Shown here: one piece after another, positions 35,845 through 50,125 of the stretch
Position numbering within the stretch: the first letter of the stretch is position 1
Layout: each line of letters starts with the position of its first letter
Assembly: GCA_030390025.1 (NCBI GenBank)
Contig: CM059432.1
Coordinates: 40,054,001 to 40,118,000 of the forward strand
Length of the DNA: 64,000 bases
Direction: 5' to 3'
Origin: Squalus acanthias
Lineage: Eukaryota
The notes under the pieces: model-generated
What the model was told of the DNA's origin: nothing
Databases searched by the model: none
The model's input: the letters and a program-made list of their open reading frames with translations, nothing else
Translations under genes and position numbers: made by a program

Positions 35845-36090
35845 CCCAGCCTGCTCTCACCAGCAGTGCATTGATAAATACAGTCCCTGCCCAGCTGTCC
35901 CTCGCTTATTCTGTCCGGGTAACAACCGTGACCGCTTTAAAGTGTCGCGCTGATTTTAAAAGTTACTTCTAACGCCTAACTTATTTATGCGGGTGCGGGG
36001 GGGGGGGGGGAGAGACACTCTAGTTTGCTATAAACAGATATCTTTACTGTCTTTTATGTTAATTTTTTTTCGATTTGTGCTTTCAATGCG

Positions 36091-36142
36091 ATCACGTGAT
36101 GATGAGGTGGCGCGTGATAGCGGCCGGTCTGTATCACGTGAC
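36091..36142. promoter_or_regulatory. Two CLEAR/E-box elements (ATCACGTGAT, ATCACGTGAC)
   Basis: TCACGTGA at 36092-36099 and 36134-36141, within 85 bp upstream of the NAGPA ATG. Confidence 0.6.
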
Positions 36143-36172
36143 CTGGGCAGTTGGGGTGGGGGGGGAGAGAGG

Positions 36173-36294
36173 ATGGCGGTTGGTGGCAGTTGCTCTGGGG
36201 GGCATCGACCCTTATCTCGGATACTCTGTTGGTGCAGGCGGCTGGCCCTCGGTGTCCTGTTGCTCTTCCAGACCAGCGAGGGAGTTATTCGTGG
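36173..36294 (+). CDS. NAGPA: NAGPA exon 1 (signal peptide; MAVGGSCSGGHRPLSRILCWCRRLALGVLLLFQTSEGVIR-G)
   Basis: aggATGG start in the CpG island; hydrophobic signal-like segment; GG|gtaggt donor in phase 2, matching the phase of the exon at 58036. Confidence 0.75.
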
Positions 36295-36804
36295 GTAGGT
36301 GCCCGTCCACCTGTTTGTATTTCCTTTTTCCTTAGAATCACTCCAGTTTTGTAACGTGTCACCCCGGGCTGTTACCGTGCGGTTTAAACTGTCAGCACCC
36401 GAGCTGTGCGCCGCATCGGGGGCTCCGACTGAGGTTGCTACGCGGCTCAGTCCCTCGGTTGGGATAGTTAGATTCGTAACGGGCAGTCCACGTCTGCAAA
36501 TTTCCTAAAATGAGGACTTGGGGTTAAAAAGTTGGTGAATTAAGCCTGGTGCAATGAACTTGAGCATAGGGTCATCAAGTTGGTTGACACAATAAAAGCT
36601 GATTCACCGCACCAAAGGCAGACGTCTGTCATATAACTAATGGGGAAAGTTTGATACTTGTGAGGACAGTCGCTGGCTGGCGATACCTGAAGACATACCC
36701 AAGTAGAGATGCAACCGGAAGCTGCTAAAGCTCTACACATCCAACCAGTGGATGTACCATTCAATTGGCAGTATGATATTTTATTTTAAGGCTATTGCAT
36801 GTTT

Positions 36805-37345
36805 CATAGAATGGTTACAGCACAGAAGGAGGCCATTTGGCCCTTCAAGACCGTGCCGGCTCTCTGCAAGAGCACTTCAGCTAGTCCCACTCCCCTGGCC
36901 TTTCCCCATAACCCTGCAATTTTTTTTTCTTCAGGTACTTATCCAATTCCCTTTTGAAAGCCACGATTGAGTCTGCCTCCACCACCCTTTCAGGCAGTGC
37001 ATTCCAGATCCTAACCACTTGCTGCGTAAAAAAAATGTTTTTCCTCATGTCGCTTTTGGTTCTTCTGCCAATCACCTTAAATCTGTGTCCTCTGGTTCTT
37101 GACCCTTCCACCAATGGGAACAGTTTCTCTGTCTAGACCCTTCATGATTTTGAACACCTCTATCAAATCTCTCGACCTTCTCTGCTCTAAGGAGAACAAC
37201 CCCAGCTTCTCCAGTCTATCCACGTAACTGAAGTCCCTTATCACTGGAACCATTCTTGTAAATTTTTCTGCACCCTTTCTAAGGCCTTCACATCCTTCCT
37301 AAAGTGTGGTGCCCAGAATTCGACACAATACTCCAGTGTGTTATA
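36805..37345 (-). mobile_element. CR1 LINE 3' fragment
   Basis: SRTRGH, FFTQQVVRIWNALP. Confidence 0.8.
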
Positions 37346-37817
37346 AAGGTTTAATGGTGAGTTGGCATTTAGGAGGCGTTCCTACTATTTGAGGGTCTAG
37401 TGAGAGCTGATACTCATGTTTGTGGATTTTATAATGGCCAATTAGTGACTATCTATCCTCTTGTGATATATTTGGGTTTGGGTTGGCTCCAAGATGGAAT
37501 GTCTGGTATGGGGAACTTGGCACTGAGTAAGTCCATTGTGGCAGACTGGCTAACCAGGGCCAACATCACTAAATTGCTGTTTGTGGGGCCATGCTGTGTG
37601 AAAATTAGCTGCTGCGTTTCCCTACATTGCAACAGTGACTACACTTCAAAAGTACTTAATTGGTTGTAAAGTGCTTTGGGACATCTGGAGGTCATGAATG
37701 TCACTAGAAATAGGGACAGGAGTAGGCCATTTAGTCCCTTGTTTTGCCATTCAGTGAGATTGTGGCTGATCTGTGATTTAAGTCCATGTACCCACCTTTG
37801 TCTTATATCTTTTAATA

Positions 37818-40800
37818 CATAAGATGTAGGAGCAGGTCATTTGGCCCCTCGGGCCTGCTCCGCCATTCAGTAAGATCATGGCTGATCTGATCTTGGCCTC
37901 AACTCCACTTCCCTGCCTGCTCCCCATAACCCTTGACTCCATTACCATTCAAAATTCTGTCTATCTCCACCTTTAAATATATTCAATGACCCAGCCTCCA
38001 CAGCTCTCTGGGGAAGAGAATTCCAAGATTCATGACCCTCTAAGAGAAGAAATTCCTCATTTCCATTTTAAATGGGTGCCCCCTTATTCTGAAATTATGC
38101 TCCCTAGTTCTAGATTCCCCCACAAGGGGAAACATCCTCTCTGCATCTACCCTGTCAAGCCCCTTCAGAATCTTATATGTTTCAATAAGATCCCCTCTCA
38201 TTCTTCTAAACTCCAATGAGTATAGGCCCAACCTGCTCAACCTTTCTTCATAAGACAACCCCTTCATCTTCGGAATCAATCTCGTGAGCCTTCTCTGAAC
38301 TGCCTCCAATGCAAGTATACCCTTCCTTAAATAAGGAGACCAAAACTGTACGCAGTACTCCAGGTGTGGTCTCGCCAAAGCCCTGTACAGTTGTAAATGG
38401 ACTTCCCTACTTTTATACTCCATTCCCTTTGTAATAAAGGCCAACATTCCATTTGCCTTCCTAATTACTTGCTGTACCTGCATGCTAACTTTTTGTGATT
38501 CATGTACAAGGACCCCCAGATCCCTCTGTACCTCAGCATTTTGTAATCTCTCTCTCTTTAAATAATTTGCGTTTTTATTTTTCCTACCAAAGTGGATAAC
38601 CTCGCATTTTCCCACATTATACTCCATCTGCCAGATTTTTGCTCACTCACTTAGCCTATCTATATCCCTTTGGAGATTCTTTGCGTCCTCCACAGAATTT
38701 GCTTTCCCACCTATCTGTATCATCAGCAAATTTGGCTACATTACACTCGGTCCCTTCATCCAAGTCATTAATATAGATTGTAAATAGTTGAGGCCCCAGT
38801 GTTGATCCCTGCGGCACCCCACTAGTTACAGTTTGCCAACCTGAAAATGACCCATTTATCCTGACTCTCTGTTTTCTGTTAGTTAGCCAATCCTCTCTCC
38901 ATGCTAATATATTGCCCCCAACCCCGTGAGCTCTTATCGTGTGCAGTAACCTTTTATGTGGCACCTTATCGAATGCCTTCTGGAAATCCAAATACACAAC
39001 ATCTGCTGGTTCCTCTTTATCCACCCTGCTCGTTACATTCTCAAAGAACTCCAGCAAATTTGTCAAACATGATTTCCCTTTCATAAAACTATGCTGACTC
39101 TGCTTGACTATATTATGATTTTTCTAAATTTCCTGCTACCACTTCCTTAATGATGGACTCCAGCATTTTCCCAATGACAGATGTTAGGCTAACTGGTCTA
39201 TAGTTGCCTGCTTTCTGTCTCCCTCCTTTCTTAAATAGGGGCGTTACATTTACGGTTTTCCAGTCCGCTGGGACCTTTCGAATCCAGGGAATTTTGGTAG
39301 ATTACAACCAATGCAGCCACCTCTTTTAAGACCCTAGGATACGGGCCATCAGGTCCAGGGGACTTGTCCACCTTTAGTCCCATTAGTTTGCCCAGTACTT
39401 TTTCTCTGGTGATAGTGATTGTTTTAAGCTCTCCCCCCCCCATAGCCCCTTGATTATCCATTATTGGGATGCTTTTAGTGTCTTCTACCGTGAAGACCGA
39501 TACAAAATATTTGTTCAAAGTCTCTGCCGTTTCCCATTATTAATTTCCCAGACTCATCCTCTAGGGGACCAACGTTTAATTTAGCTACTCTCTTCCTTTT
39601 TATATACCTGTAGAAGCTCTTACTGTCTGTTTTTATATTTCTTGCTAGCTTACTCTCATAAGCTATCTTCTCTCTCTTTATCATTTTTTTAGTCGTCCTT
39701 TGCTGGTTTTTAAAAATTTCCCAATCCTCTGGACTTCCACTATTCTTCGCAACATCGTATGCCTTTGTTTTCAATTTGATACCATCCTTAACTTCCTTAG
39801 TTAGCCACGGATGGTTCATCCTTCTCGTAGAGTCTTTCTTTCTCACTGGAATATATCTTTGCTGAGAGTCATGAAATATCTCCTTAAATGTTTGCCACTG
39901 CTTTTCTACAATCTTACCCTGTAATATATTTTCCCAGTCCACTTTAACCAAGTCTACCTTCATACCTTTGTAATTACCTTTTATTTAAGTTCAGGACACT
40001 AGTTTGAGACCTAGCTTTCTCACCCTAAAGCTGAATTTGAAATTCTACCATGCTATGATCACTCTTCCCAAGAGGATCCTTCACTTCGAGATCATTAATT
40101 AATCCAGCCTCATTACACATTACCAGATCTAAAATAGTCTGCTCCCTGGTTGGTTCCACAACATACTGTTCCAAGAAACCATCCCGCATACACTCTAAGA
40201 ACTCTTCCTCAAGTCTCCCTTTGCCAATTTGCTTTGTCCAATCAATATAAAAATTAAAATCTCCCATGATTATAGCCATACCTTTCTTACAAGCCTCTAT
40301 TATTTCTTGATTTCTACTCTGTCCTATAGTGTGGCTACTGCTTGGGGGCCTGTAGACCACTCCCACCAGTGACTTCTTACCCTTATTATTTCTTATCTCC
40401 ACCCAAACTGATTCTACGTCTTGATCTTCTGAGCCAATATCATTTGCCTATCCTTACGAAATGGCAAATACCCCTGAATATTCAGTTCCCAGCCTTGGTC
40501 ACCTTGCAACCACGTCTCTCCAATGGCCATCAGATCGTACCCATTTATTTCTATTTGTGCTGTCAACTCATCTATCTTGTTACGAATGCTGTGTGTGTTC
40601 AGATATAGAGCTTATAATCTTGTATTTTTCCCTACTCTGACCCCTCTTTCTGATGCACCCTTATGTGTATACACTCTGTCCCTTCCTGTCACACTCTAGT
40701 TATCATTACCCCTATTGCTACCCTGCACTTTTGCCCTCTCATTTTTCTTTGACTTTTTAATTTCCGCTCAGCGGATCCCTCCACCCCACTATTTAATTTA

Positions 40801-40980
40801 AAGCCCTATCTACAGCCTTAGTTATTCGATTCGCCAGAACACTGGTCCCAGCCTGGTTCAAATGAAGCCCGTCCTGATGGAACAGCTCCCTCTTACTCCA
40901 GTACTGGTGCCAGTGCCCCAAGAATCGAAACCCATTTCTCCCACACCAATCTTTGAGCCACTCGTTCATCTCTCTAATCT
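37818..40980 (-). mobile_element. CR1-clade LINE with ORF1 esterase C-terminus, APE and RT, nested in an older CR1
   Basis: VYRPP, IMGDFN and LGKSDH (APE); RT motifs; DGLHLN at about 40860; the host CR1 resumes at about 40981. Confidence 0.9.
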
Positions 40981-42140
40981 TTGGTTAACAAAACTCTATC
41001 AATCTCAGATTTAAAATTAACAATTGACCTAGCATCAACTGCCATTTGTGGAACAGAGTTCCAAACTTCTACAACCCATTACATGTAAAAGTGTTTCCTA
41101 ACTTCACTCCTGAAAGATCTGGCTCTAATTTTAAGGCTATGTCCCCTAGTCCTAGATTCCCAACCAGTGGAAATAGTTTCTCTCTATCAGTTCCCCTTTA
41201 ATATCTTGAAAACTTAAATCAAATCACCTTTAACCTTCTAAATTCCAGGGAATACAACCCTAGTTTGTGTAATCTCTCCTAATTTAGCCCTTGGAGTCCA
41301 GGTATAATTCTGGTAAATCTATGCTGCACTCCCACCAAGGCCAATATATCCTTCCTAACGTGTGATACTCCGAACTGAACACCGTGCTCCAGGTGTGGTC
41401 TAACTAGGGCTTCGTATAGCTGCAGTATAACTTCTACCCCCTTGTATTCTGGTCCTCTAGATATAAAGCCCAGCATTCCATTAGCCTTTTTGATTATTTT
41501 CTGTACCTGTCCATGACATTTAATGATCTATGTACATGGACCCCTAAGTCTCTTTGGACCTCCACTGTTTCTTGCTTTTCATCATTTAGAAAGTTCTCTG
41601 TTCTATCCTTCTGAGGTCCAAAGTGGATGACCCCTCACTTGCCTACATTGAAATCTATTTGCCACAGTTTTGCCCATTTACTTAATCTATTAATATCTCT
41701 TTTTGCTTCCTTCTAAACTGCTTACAATGCCGCCTATCTTTGTGTCATTGGCAAATTTGGATATGTGGCTCTCTATCCTATCATCTAAGTCGTTAATAAA
41801 TACGGTGAACAGTTGAGGCCCCAACACAGATCCCAGTGACTAGTCACATTCTGCCAGTTAGAGTACCTACCCATTATCCCTACTCTGTCTCCTGCCGCTC
41901 AGCCAATTTCCTAACCAGGTTAATAATTTGTCTTCAATTCCATGAGTTTCAACTATAGCTAGCCATCTCTTATGAGGGACTTTATCAAATTCCTTCTGGA
42001 AGTCCATATAAATAACATTTATAGACATGCCCCTGTCCACTACTTTAGTCACCTCTTCAAAAACATCAATCAGGTTCATCAGGCATGACCTACCCTTTAC
42101 AAATCCATGCTGGCTCTCTGAGCAGCTGAAAATTTTCAAG
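40981..42140 (-). mobile_element. CR1 LINE fragment (its 3' end is at about 37707-37817)
   Basis: QHGFVKGRSC, MDFQKEFDKVPH, LVRPHLE. Confidence 0.85.
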
Positions 42141-43059
42141 GTCTTCATGAAAGTCACTATAGAAATGCAAGTTATTTTTGTCTTTATTCCTGGCTGTTGT
42201 TGATAATTGACCAGTTAGCTGATTTCATTGCTGGACTTGGAAGCAGAGAGCTGTCATTGAGGAGTGGGTATTTTCCCAGTTGCTTCTGGAGAATTTTGCA
42301 AACCCTAATGAACAGGTGACTCTAGCTGGACAAACAGTAGGAACTGTGCCATGGTAAACTGCATTGTTTTAGCTTTTAAACTCTAGCTGTGTCCCTGTGT
42401 ACATTTGGAAGTCCCTAAATAGTGGCTGTTGCCAATATGGGATTGGGTAAGTGGAGTGTTATTATGAACAGGGAGGGTGCACTCCATATCTTGTGTAACT
42501 TTCTTAGTTTAGTTAAGTTAGTAGTCTAGTTAGTTACTTCCTGTCTCAAGATGGTTCCTGGGGTGGCAGCTCCCTAGAGCGCTCCTTTGCTGTGCAATTC
42601 TATCTTTGGCCATCTGTTGCCATCCTTTGTCCTTTCTCCCCCAATCTCCTCTCTTCCACTGCTTAAGTTCCCCTGGCTCTAATAGTGGTTGCATTTTAGC
42701 CCTAACTACAGGTTAACTACTAGTTTACAGTTACCTGGGCCCACTGCCCATCCCCTGACCATGCCTGCTCTTTGTTTTCCTCAGTGAGCACTGGAATGTT
42801 TCTCAAATTTGGCCTCCAAATTCTCAATGTAAAGACCACGCTTCTCCACTGGACTACACCGTAAGACTCAGCTGCTGTGACTCTGATCTGCTATTCAGTT
42901 GCTTAAATTTTAAAGTAACTTTGTCTAGCCTACAGCCCATCCTCCACCACTGATGTTGGGCTGAGCTTATGACTGTCTGATAGTCAGCTTCAGCTGCAGT
43001 CTGGTTCCTGACCAGAAATTCATTCTCCTGGGCCGAAGTCCATTTCTCCACTGCCTCGG

Positions 43060-46000
43060 GATCTTATGGTGACCACCAACTTTGCCGCCGTTTTTCTGCC
43101 CCGTGACCGATTCTGCACATCTCCTGAATCTTCATTCCCACAGGAATACCTGCAGTAGTGCGTCCTCCGTTACTCTACCCTTCAAATAGCTTCTGGACTC
43201 GCTCGCCCTCCACCTGTCTCCAAACCTCGACATCATTTCGGCAATGCTCCAAGCTGACTCTGCCCTACCTACGTCAACTTTATCCCACCACGGGACCTCT
43301 GACTTTAACGCTGGACTCCCTCCTATTGTCGTCTCTCTATTGCCCGTTTATTACCAGGACATATGTATAATCTTGCTATGTAACCAGGCCTATGTAACAT
43401 TTCCCTGTGTCCGTGCGCATTTTGGCTCCTGCTCTAGACCCGAGCCATCACTCTAATTTCCCCTTTTTCTCTCGCTTTCTTTTCTTCTTTTCTCTTTACC
43501 ACTCCTAGACCTCTCTATCCTGTCATCATGTCTCATTTCTCCCCTCTCGGGTACTCTGCCCTCCCAAATCCCTACCCCATACTCTCCTGCCGCTGTCGCA
43601 GGTTGACTCCCTCTTAGATAAGCCTACAGCTTCCCTCTGAGCCTCTATTGGCATCCTCAAAAGGGCCCATCAAGGCACTCGTCGCTGCCTCCTTGTGAAC
43701 AGCAACCCCAACTGTCCTATCATACTCTCTCGCCGAACATCCAGCCCAGCGACCCCACTGGAGAATAATCTTTGCTACCTCCTTTCCGTCCCACTCGCCC
43801 CTTTCAATATGGAGCCTACGGACTCTGGCAGCGGATCAGCTATCACTGACTCTCTCCGCATCTCCCTCCAGACTGAACATTCACTTGTGAACAAGGCCCT
43901 TGCCGTCCATGAGCTTATTGTGAATGATTGCCTCGACCTCATCGCCTTGACGGAAACCTAGCTGAGAGGTGATGACACCTTCCCCTAAATGAAGCCTCCT
44001 CATTTGGCACTACCTTCCACCACATGCCCTGCCCAAACTGCTGCGGTGGCGGTGTGACTCTTGCCACCGAATCGCACCTTGGTCTGTCCCTCTACTCCTC
44101 CGGCACCTTCTCCTCCTTTGAACATCTCGCCTTGTTCCACCCATCTCGCCTCACATTTAAAATCCTGTTCTCTACCGCCCCCCCCCCAAGTACCACGTCA
44201 ATTTCTCACCGAGATATCTTCACTGCTTTTCTCCCTCAGCCTTTGCACCGAGCAACTTCTCGTCCTCAGTGATTTCAACCTCCATCTCAACTCATCATGC
44301 TCTCTCTCTCCTCTGAGTTCACTGCCCTCCTATCCTCCCTTAATCTCTCCTTCCATATAAACTCCCCTGCCCATATTGATGGCATCCCCCTCGACCTTGC
44401 CATCTCACGTGGCCTCACTTACTCCCATCATGTCAATCACAGATAAGGCCATCTCTGATCATTTTCTTGTATCACTCTCCACCCACATCCCCCTCACAAC
44501 CCCACTTTCTTCTGTGTCTGTCCCTAGAAAAAAACTCTTTCTCTTCCCCCCGCCCCCCCCCCCCCCCCAAGTCACTTACAGCTGCACTTTCAAATTCCCA
44601 ACTGGTCTAGCCTTTGGCTGCCTTTAGCAAGACATTTCTGCAGCTACCGATCTGCTTAATCACACCTCTCAGTAGGTAGCACTCTCGCCTCTGAGTCAGA
44701 TGGTTGTGGGTTCAAGTCCCATTCCAGGGACTTGAGCACAAAAATCTAGGCTGACACTCCAATGCAGCACTGAGGGAGTGCTGCAATGTCGGACGTGCTG
44801 TCTTTTGGATGAAATGTTAAACCAAGGCCCCGTCTGCTCTCAGGTGGCTGCAAAAGATCCCATGGCACTATTTTGAAGAAGAACAGGGGAATTCGCCCCT
44901 GTGTCCTGGCCAATATTTATCCCTCAATCAACATCAATTTAAAAAAAAAAACAGATTATCTGGTCATTATCACATTGCTGTTTGTGAGAGCTTGATGTGT
45001 GCAAATAGGCTGCCGCGTTTCCTACATTACAACAGTGACTACAATTCAGATAAAAGTACTTCATTGGCTGTAAAGCACTTTGGAATGTCCGGAGGTCATG
45101 AAAGGTGCTATATAAATGCAAGTCTTTCTTTACTTTTCTTTACCCTAGTCCCCAATAAAACCATTATTCTCACTTTGGTTGTTCCTCTGGCATCTCCACT
45201 CCCTTAAGTCCAAGGGGCGCAGACTTGAAAGTTTATGGCCAACAACTGTTTTGGCCATTCATTGCCAGGTCAAGCTGGACCACATAAAGCACTGTTTGGT
45301 CCTGCTCTCCTGCCAAAACTGCTCACTATTCCAGGATCATTCTGGAATGCAAAGATAACCCCCAGCTTCTCTTCACTACAAACCGTTTTCTTAAACCTCT
45401 CTCCCTGCCTCCTCCACCCTCACCTTCAACAACAAGTGTGAGGAGCTCATTGACTTCTTTGTCACTAAGATTGAGACCATCCGTTCAGCTGCCTCTGCCA
45501 CTTCCAATCCTTCCCCTAAGGTTCCCCCCTGCCCTAGCCCTGAACTACCACCTTTCTCTAGTTTCTCTCCTATCTCCCCGCATGTCCTTTCTGAGTTAAT
45601 CTTTTCCGTGAGACCCACCTCCTGCTCCCTCGACCCTATTCCCACCAAACTGCTGACCACCCAACTTCCCTTCCTGACCCCCATGTTAGTTGATATTGTT
45701 AAAGGTGTTCTCTCCTCGGGTACTGTCCCCCTCCCTATCAAATCTGCCATCACCACCCCTGACACCCCTGACCCCTCTGTCCTTGCAAACTGCCACCCCA
45801 TCTCCAACCTCCCTTTCCTCTCAAGTCCTTGAACGTGCTATCGCCTCCCAAATCTGTGCCCATCTTTCCCGGAACTTCATGTTTGAATCCCTCCGATCAG
45901 GTTTCTGACCCGCCGCAGTACTGAAACGGCCTTTTATCAAAATCGCAAATGACATCCAATGTGACTGTGACCATGGTAAACAATCCCTCCTCATCCTTCT

Positions 46001-46540
46001 CGACCTGTCTGCAGCCTTTGACACGATTGACCGCACCATCCTCCTCCAACGCTTCTTGTCTGTCATCGAGCTGGGTGGTACTGCATTCTCCTGGTTCTGT
46101 TCTTAGCTATCCAGTCGTAGCCAGGAAATCACTTGCAATTACTTCTTTTCCCACTCCCACACTGTTACCTCTGGTGTCCCTGAAGGATCTATCCTTGGCC
46201 CCCTCCTATTTCTCATCTACATGCTGCCCCTTGGCCACATCATCCGAAAACACAACATCAGGTTCCACATGTACGTGGACGACACCCAGCTCTACCTCAT
46301 CACCACCTCTCTCGATCGCTCCACTGTCTCTAATTTTTCACACTGCTTGTCTGACATCCAGTCCAGGATGAGCAGAAATGTCCTCCAACTAAATATTGGG
46401 AAGACTGAAGCCATTGTTTTCGGTTCTCGCCACAAACTCCGTTCCCTAACCACCGACTCCAGACCATTCAGCCTGAGACTGAACCGACCTTTTGAAACCT
46501 TGGTGTCATATTTGACCCTGAGGTGAGCTTCTGACCACAT
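43060..46540 (+). mobile_element. L2-clade LINE, degraded (APE + RT), with a SINE inserted
   Basis: [50 protein letters not shown]-rich strand. Confidence 0.82.
44668..45126 (+). mobile_element. tRNA-derived SINE (same family as 10600-11060)
   Basis: ggttcaagtccc B box, conserved central domain, tail gctatataaatgcaagt. Confidence 0.8.
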
Positions 46541-46785
46541 TCCCTGTCAAGCCCCTTAAGAATTTTATATGTTTCAATTAGATCACCTCTCATTCTTCTA
46601 AACTCTTGAGGAATATAGGCCTAGTCTACTCAATCTCTCCTCATAGGACAATCCCCTCATCCCAGGAACCAGCCTAGTGAACCTTTGCTGCACTCCCTCT
46701 AAGGCAAGTTTGTCTTTCCTTGGGTAAGGAGACCAGAACTGTACACAGTACTCCAGGTGTGGCCTCACCAATGCCCTGTATAATC
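46541..46785 (-). mobile_element. CR1 LINE internal fragment
   Basis: [17 protein letters not shown] sequence. Confidence 0.7.
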
Positions 46786-49700
46786 GTAATATCTGTTGCT
46801 TCTGTGCACTTAAAAATATTGCAAGTAAATTTGATTACTAGCTTTAGCCTGAATAATATTGTCTGACAATGTAGTGTTTTCTGCCTTTCGGAATAGATGA
46901 AAATGCATGGTGAACAACCCATGCAACCTCCACCACAATATCAGAGTCAAATCTTGTGGCACATTGCTCCCATTCATGACACTAATAGGGTTTCAGTTTT
47001 AGATCAATGGGAATATGGGTTTGAGAATAGAAGCTGCATTTTTTTCTGTGGATATAGAGAGAGTAGGGAGAGAGAATGAATTCTAACAATTTGTGGCAGC
47101 TTATGTGGAATAAATGTCACTTGCAGAGCAAAAAGTTAAAGTTTGAAGTAAATGACTAGAAGCTAAAAGCAATAAATGAGTACTAGAAAGCAGAAGGTCT
47201 TGGACAGAACGTTAGAATTGGCTTATTTGGCAGTAGAAAAAAGGAATAAGAACTATGGGCATCAGTTAAATGCTTAGGCTGCAGAGGATGTGCAAGGATC
47301 ATGGCGGCAGGGTGGGGGTTGGGTTGATACAGGTTTGCTTATGGGAACTGCATTTGGTGTGAATACAAATAGAGTTGGGAGCGAGTCAGAGTTGAAACGG
47401 TGTAGATTATAAATTGATTCTGAAACTAAAATTATTTGCAAGAGACTCGAACAACAGAACTAGCCTCTTATTGAACTGATTAAAGTGTAATACATGAAGT
47501 AAGTGGGTAAAACTACAACAAGCAGTGTCAAAAACCATAACGGTAATGGTGAACAAACTGTTAGAAATGCTATTTTTCAGACAGCCTATAAGTCAGTGTC
47601 ATCTAAGTCCTTTAGCGAGGACACTGCAAAAATTATTTGAACAGTTTTTAACAAGACAACAAAGGTGGGGGGGGCGGGTCGACGGTCAATATTACACACT
47701 AATACTGCATTTTTTCAGAAAATTAATGGCTTAAAGCGGGTGGTATGTATTTACATATAATTTACAGTGCAGAAATAGGCTATTTGGCCCAACTGGTCTT
47801 TGCCGGTGTTTATGCTTCGCTCATGCCTCCTCCCACCCTACTTCATCTAATTCTTTCAGCATAACCTTCTATACCTTTCTCCCTCATGTACTTATCTAGC
47901 TTCCATTTAAATGCATCTATGCTAATTGCCTCAACTACTCTGTGGTAGCAAGTTCCACATTCTAACCACTTCCTGGATAAATAAGTTTCTCCTGAATTCC
48001 TTATTGGATTTATTAATGACTATCTTATATTTATGACCCCTATTTGTGTAGACTGTGCTTAAACACATGCACCACCCATATGAGCATGCATACTCAAGTA
48101 TATACATAAACACACTAGAAAATAAAGTATCTAAAGTTGTGGGTAATTTCTTGAGACATAATGATGGATAATGTATTTGAAGAAATTATGGATGGGCCAG
48201 TCCAGCATGTTACTTTGGAAAATGCTATATGTAGCGGACTGTTGCACCAGTGCTGTCTGATTACAATTTCCTGTCATCGTTGTGGTTGCCAAGCTAATAA
48301 ACTGAAAATAAATTTTTAGACTGTTATAAAGCAGTATCTGAGTAACTGAATCAATTGTGTACAGTATTGTACCACACCAGGTCAAATACGTTGATGGGAC
48401 AGTTGCTTTTCTGTTGATTTTATTTCTGTATACATAGTTGTGATCAGGGGTTAGATGATCTAGTTCATCACAGAGCAAAGATCGTAACGCATTGCCTGAA
48501 AGGGTGGTGGAAGCAGATTCAGTAGTAACTTTCAAAAAGGGAAGTTTATACTTAAAATGGAAAAAAAATTGCAGGGCTATTGTGAAAGAGCAGTGAAGTG
48601 GAACTAACTGGAAAGATCTTTCAAAGAGCCGGCAAAGGCGCGATGGGCTGAATGGCCACCTTCTGTGCTGTATGATTGTCAGGAGAGGTTTGCTCCCACT
48701 GTAATGATCAAAAAGGGGTGACCTGCTTTGCGATAAGTACTACTGCAATGTCATTTGGAGCAGATGAATTAAAGGTAGATTCCAAATGCATTGTTTATAG
48801 TACTAACCTGCTTACCCATTATCTTCCTTTTTAATGAGCTTGAAGAAAGAGATTCCATATTAGGTGGATTTTAATTGAAATTTTTTGATTCAGCTGTTTC
48901 AAAATGTAAAGTTAATGTTATTCATAATGTTGGAGCTTACCATGTGTTGAATTCAAATCATTACCATACATATTGTTGAATGATTTATTTTTCATGGTTT
49001 AATAAATTCATGATCAAGGAGCTGTTTGCAAACTAACTTCTGAGCACGACATATTTTAATTTTGCAATAAGTGGAGCTGAGCTTTTTACATGACAATTTA
49101 ACCTATGTCCACCAGGGTGCAGCAAACTTGTGGTCCATGTATGCTTTTAGTGTTTTCAGACTATTTGTTTTGACACATACAAATTAAATACTGTCCTGTG
49201 TACATATGTTTAAATTATAAGTTAACGCTTTGTGAAAGAAAGTTGTACCTGACCTGTTTCAGAATGGAAACTCTGTTTCAAAGCAGGAGTACTGTTGATC
49301 ACTGCACTGTTTTGTACAAACCATTTTATTGCTTATTGTTTTAGGAACATTGGGCCGGAATTTGCAGTGGGTAATAACTAGGAGCTAACAGTGTTCGCTG
49401 TTATTACCTCTCTAAAACTGACCACAACTTCAGGATGTAGCGCATGCGCATCTAAACGCAGAAATTGAAACGTTGTGGTCAGTCGTTCACTGCTCCGACA
49501 CTGGCTGCACTGTGGCTACGTTTACGTTGCTGTCTGCAACAGCTTGCCAAGCTTTCTCTGACAGCACTTCCCAGCCCCTCTACTTTTACCTCAAAAGACA
49601 AGAGCAACAACATCATGAGAACATGATTATCTGCATATTCCCCTCCAAGTCACACACCATCCTGATTTGGATCTATACTGCTGTACCTTCATCACTGCTC

Positions 49701-50125
49701 AGGTCAACATCCTAGAGTTCCCTACATAACACCATTTTGAGAGCACCATCAGCACAAGGACTACAGCAATTCAAGAAGATCCACCACCACCTTGGGGAAT
49801 CCAGGGATGGGTTATATGTGACTTTGCCAGTATTGCCCACATTCATAGAATCATAGAAATTTATGGCACAGAAGGAGGCTATTTGGCCTATCATGTCTGT
49901 GCCAGCCAAAAAAAGAGCTATCCAGCTGAATTGCCCTTTCCAGCACTTGCTCTGTAGCCCTGTAGGTTCTGGCACATCAAGTGCATATCCAAGTCCTTTT
50001 TAAATGCAATGAGGGTTTCTGCCTCCAATACCCTTTCAGGCAGTGAGTACCAGACCCCCATCACCCTCTGGGTGAAAAAAGTTCTCAACTCCCCTCTACC
50101 AATTACTTTAAATCTATGCCCCCTG

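Larger units (their letters stand above)
35640..36490. promoter_or_regulatory. CpG-island bidirectional promoter shared by NDUFAF6 and NAGPA
   Basis: CpG-rich stretch in a CpG-depleted background; divergent ATGs at 35823 and 36173. Confidence 0.75.

Noticed and set aside
35987..36172. Upstream in-frame ATG extending NAGPA exon 1
   Set aside because: Lies in the promoter upstream of the CLEAR sites, weak context, low-complexity translation
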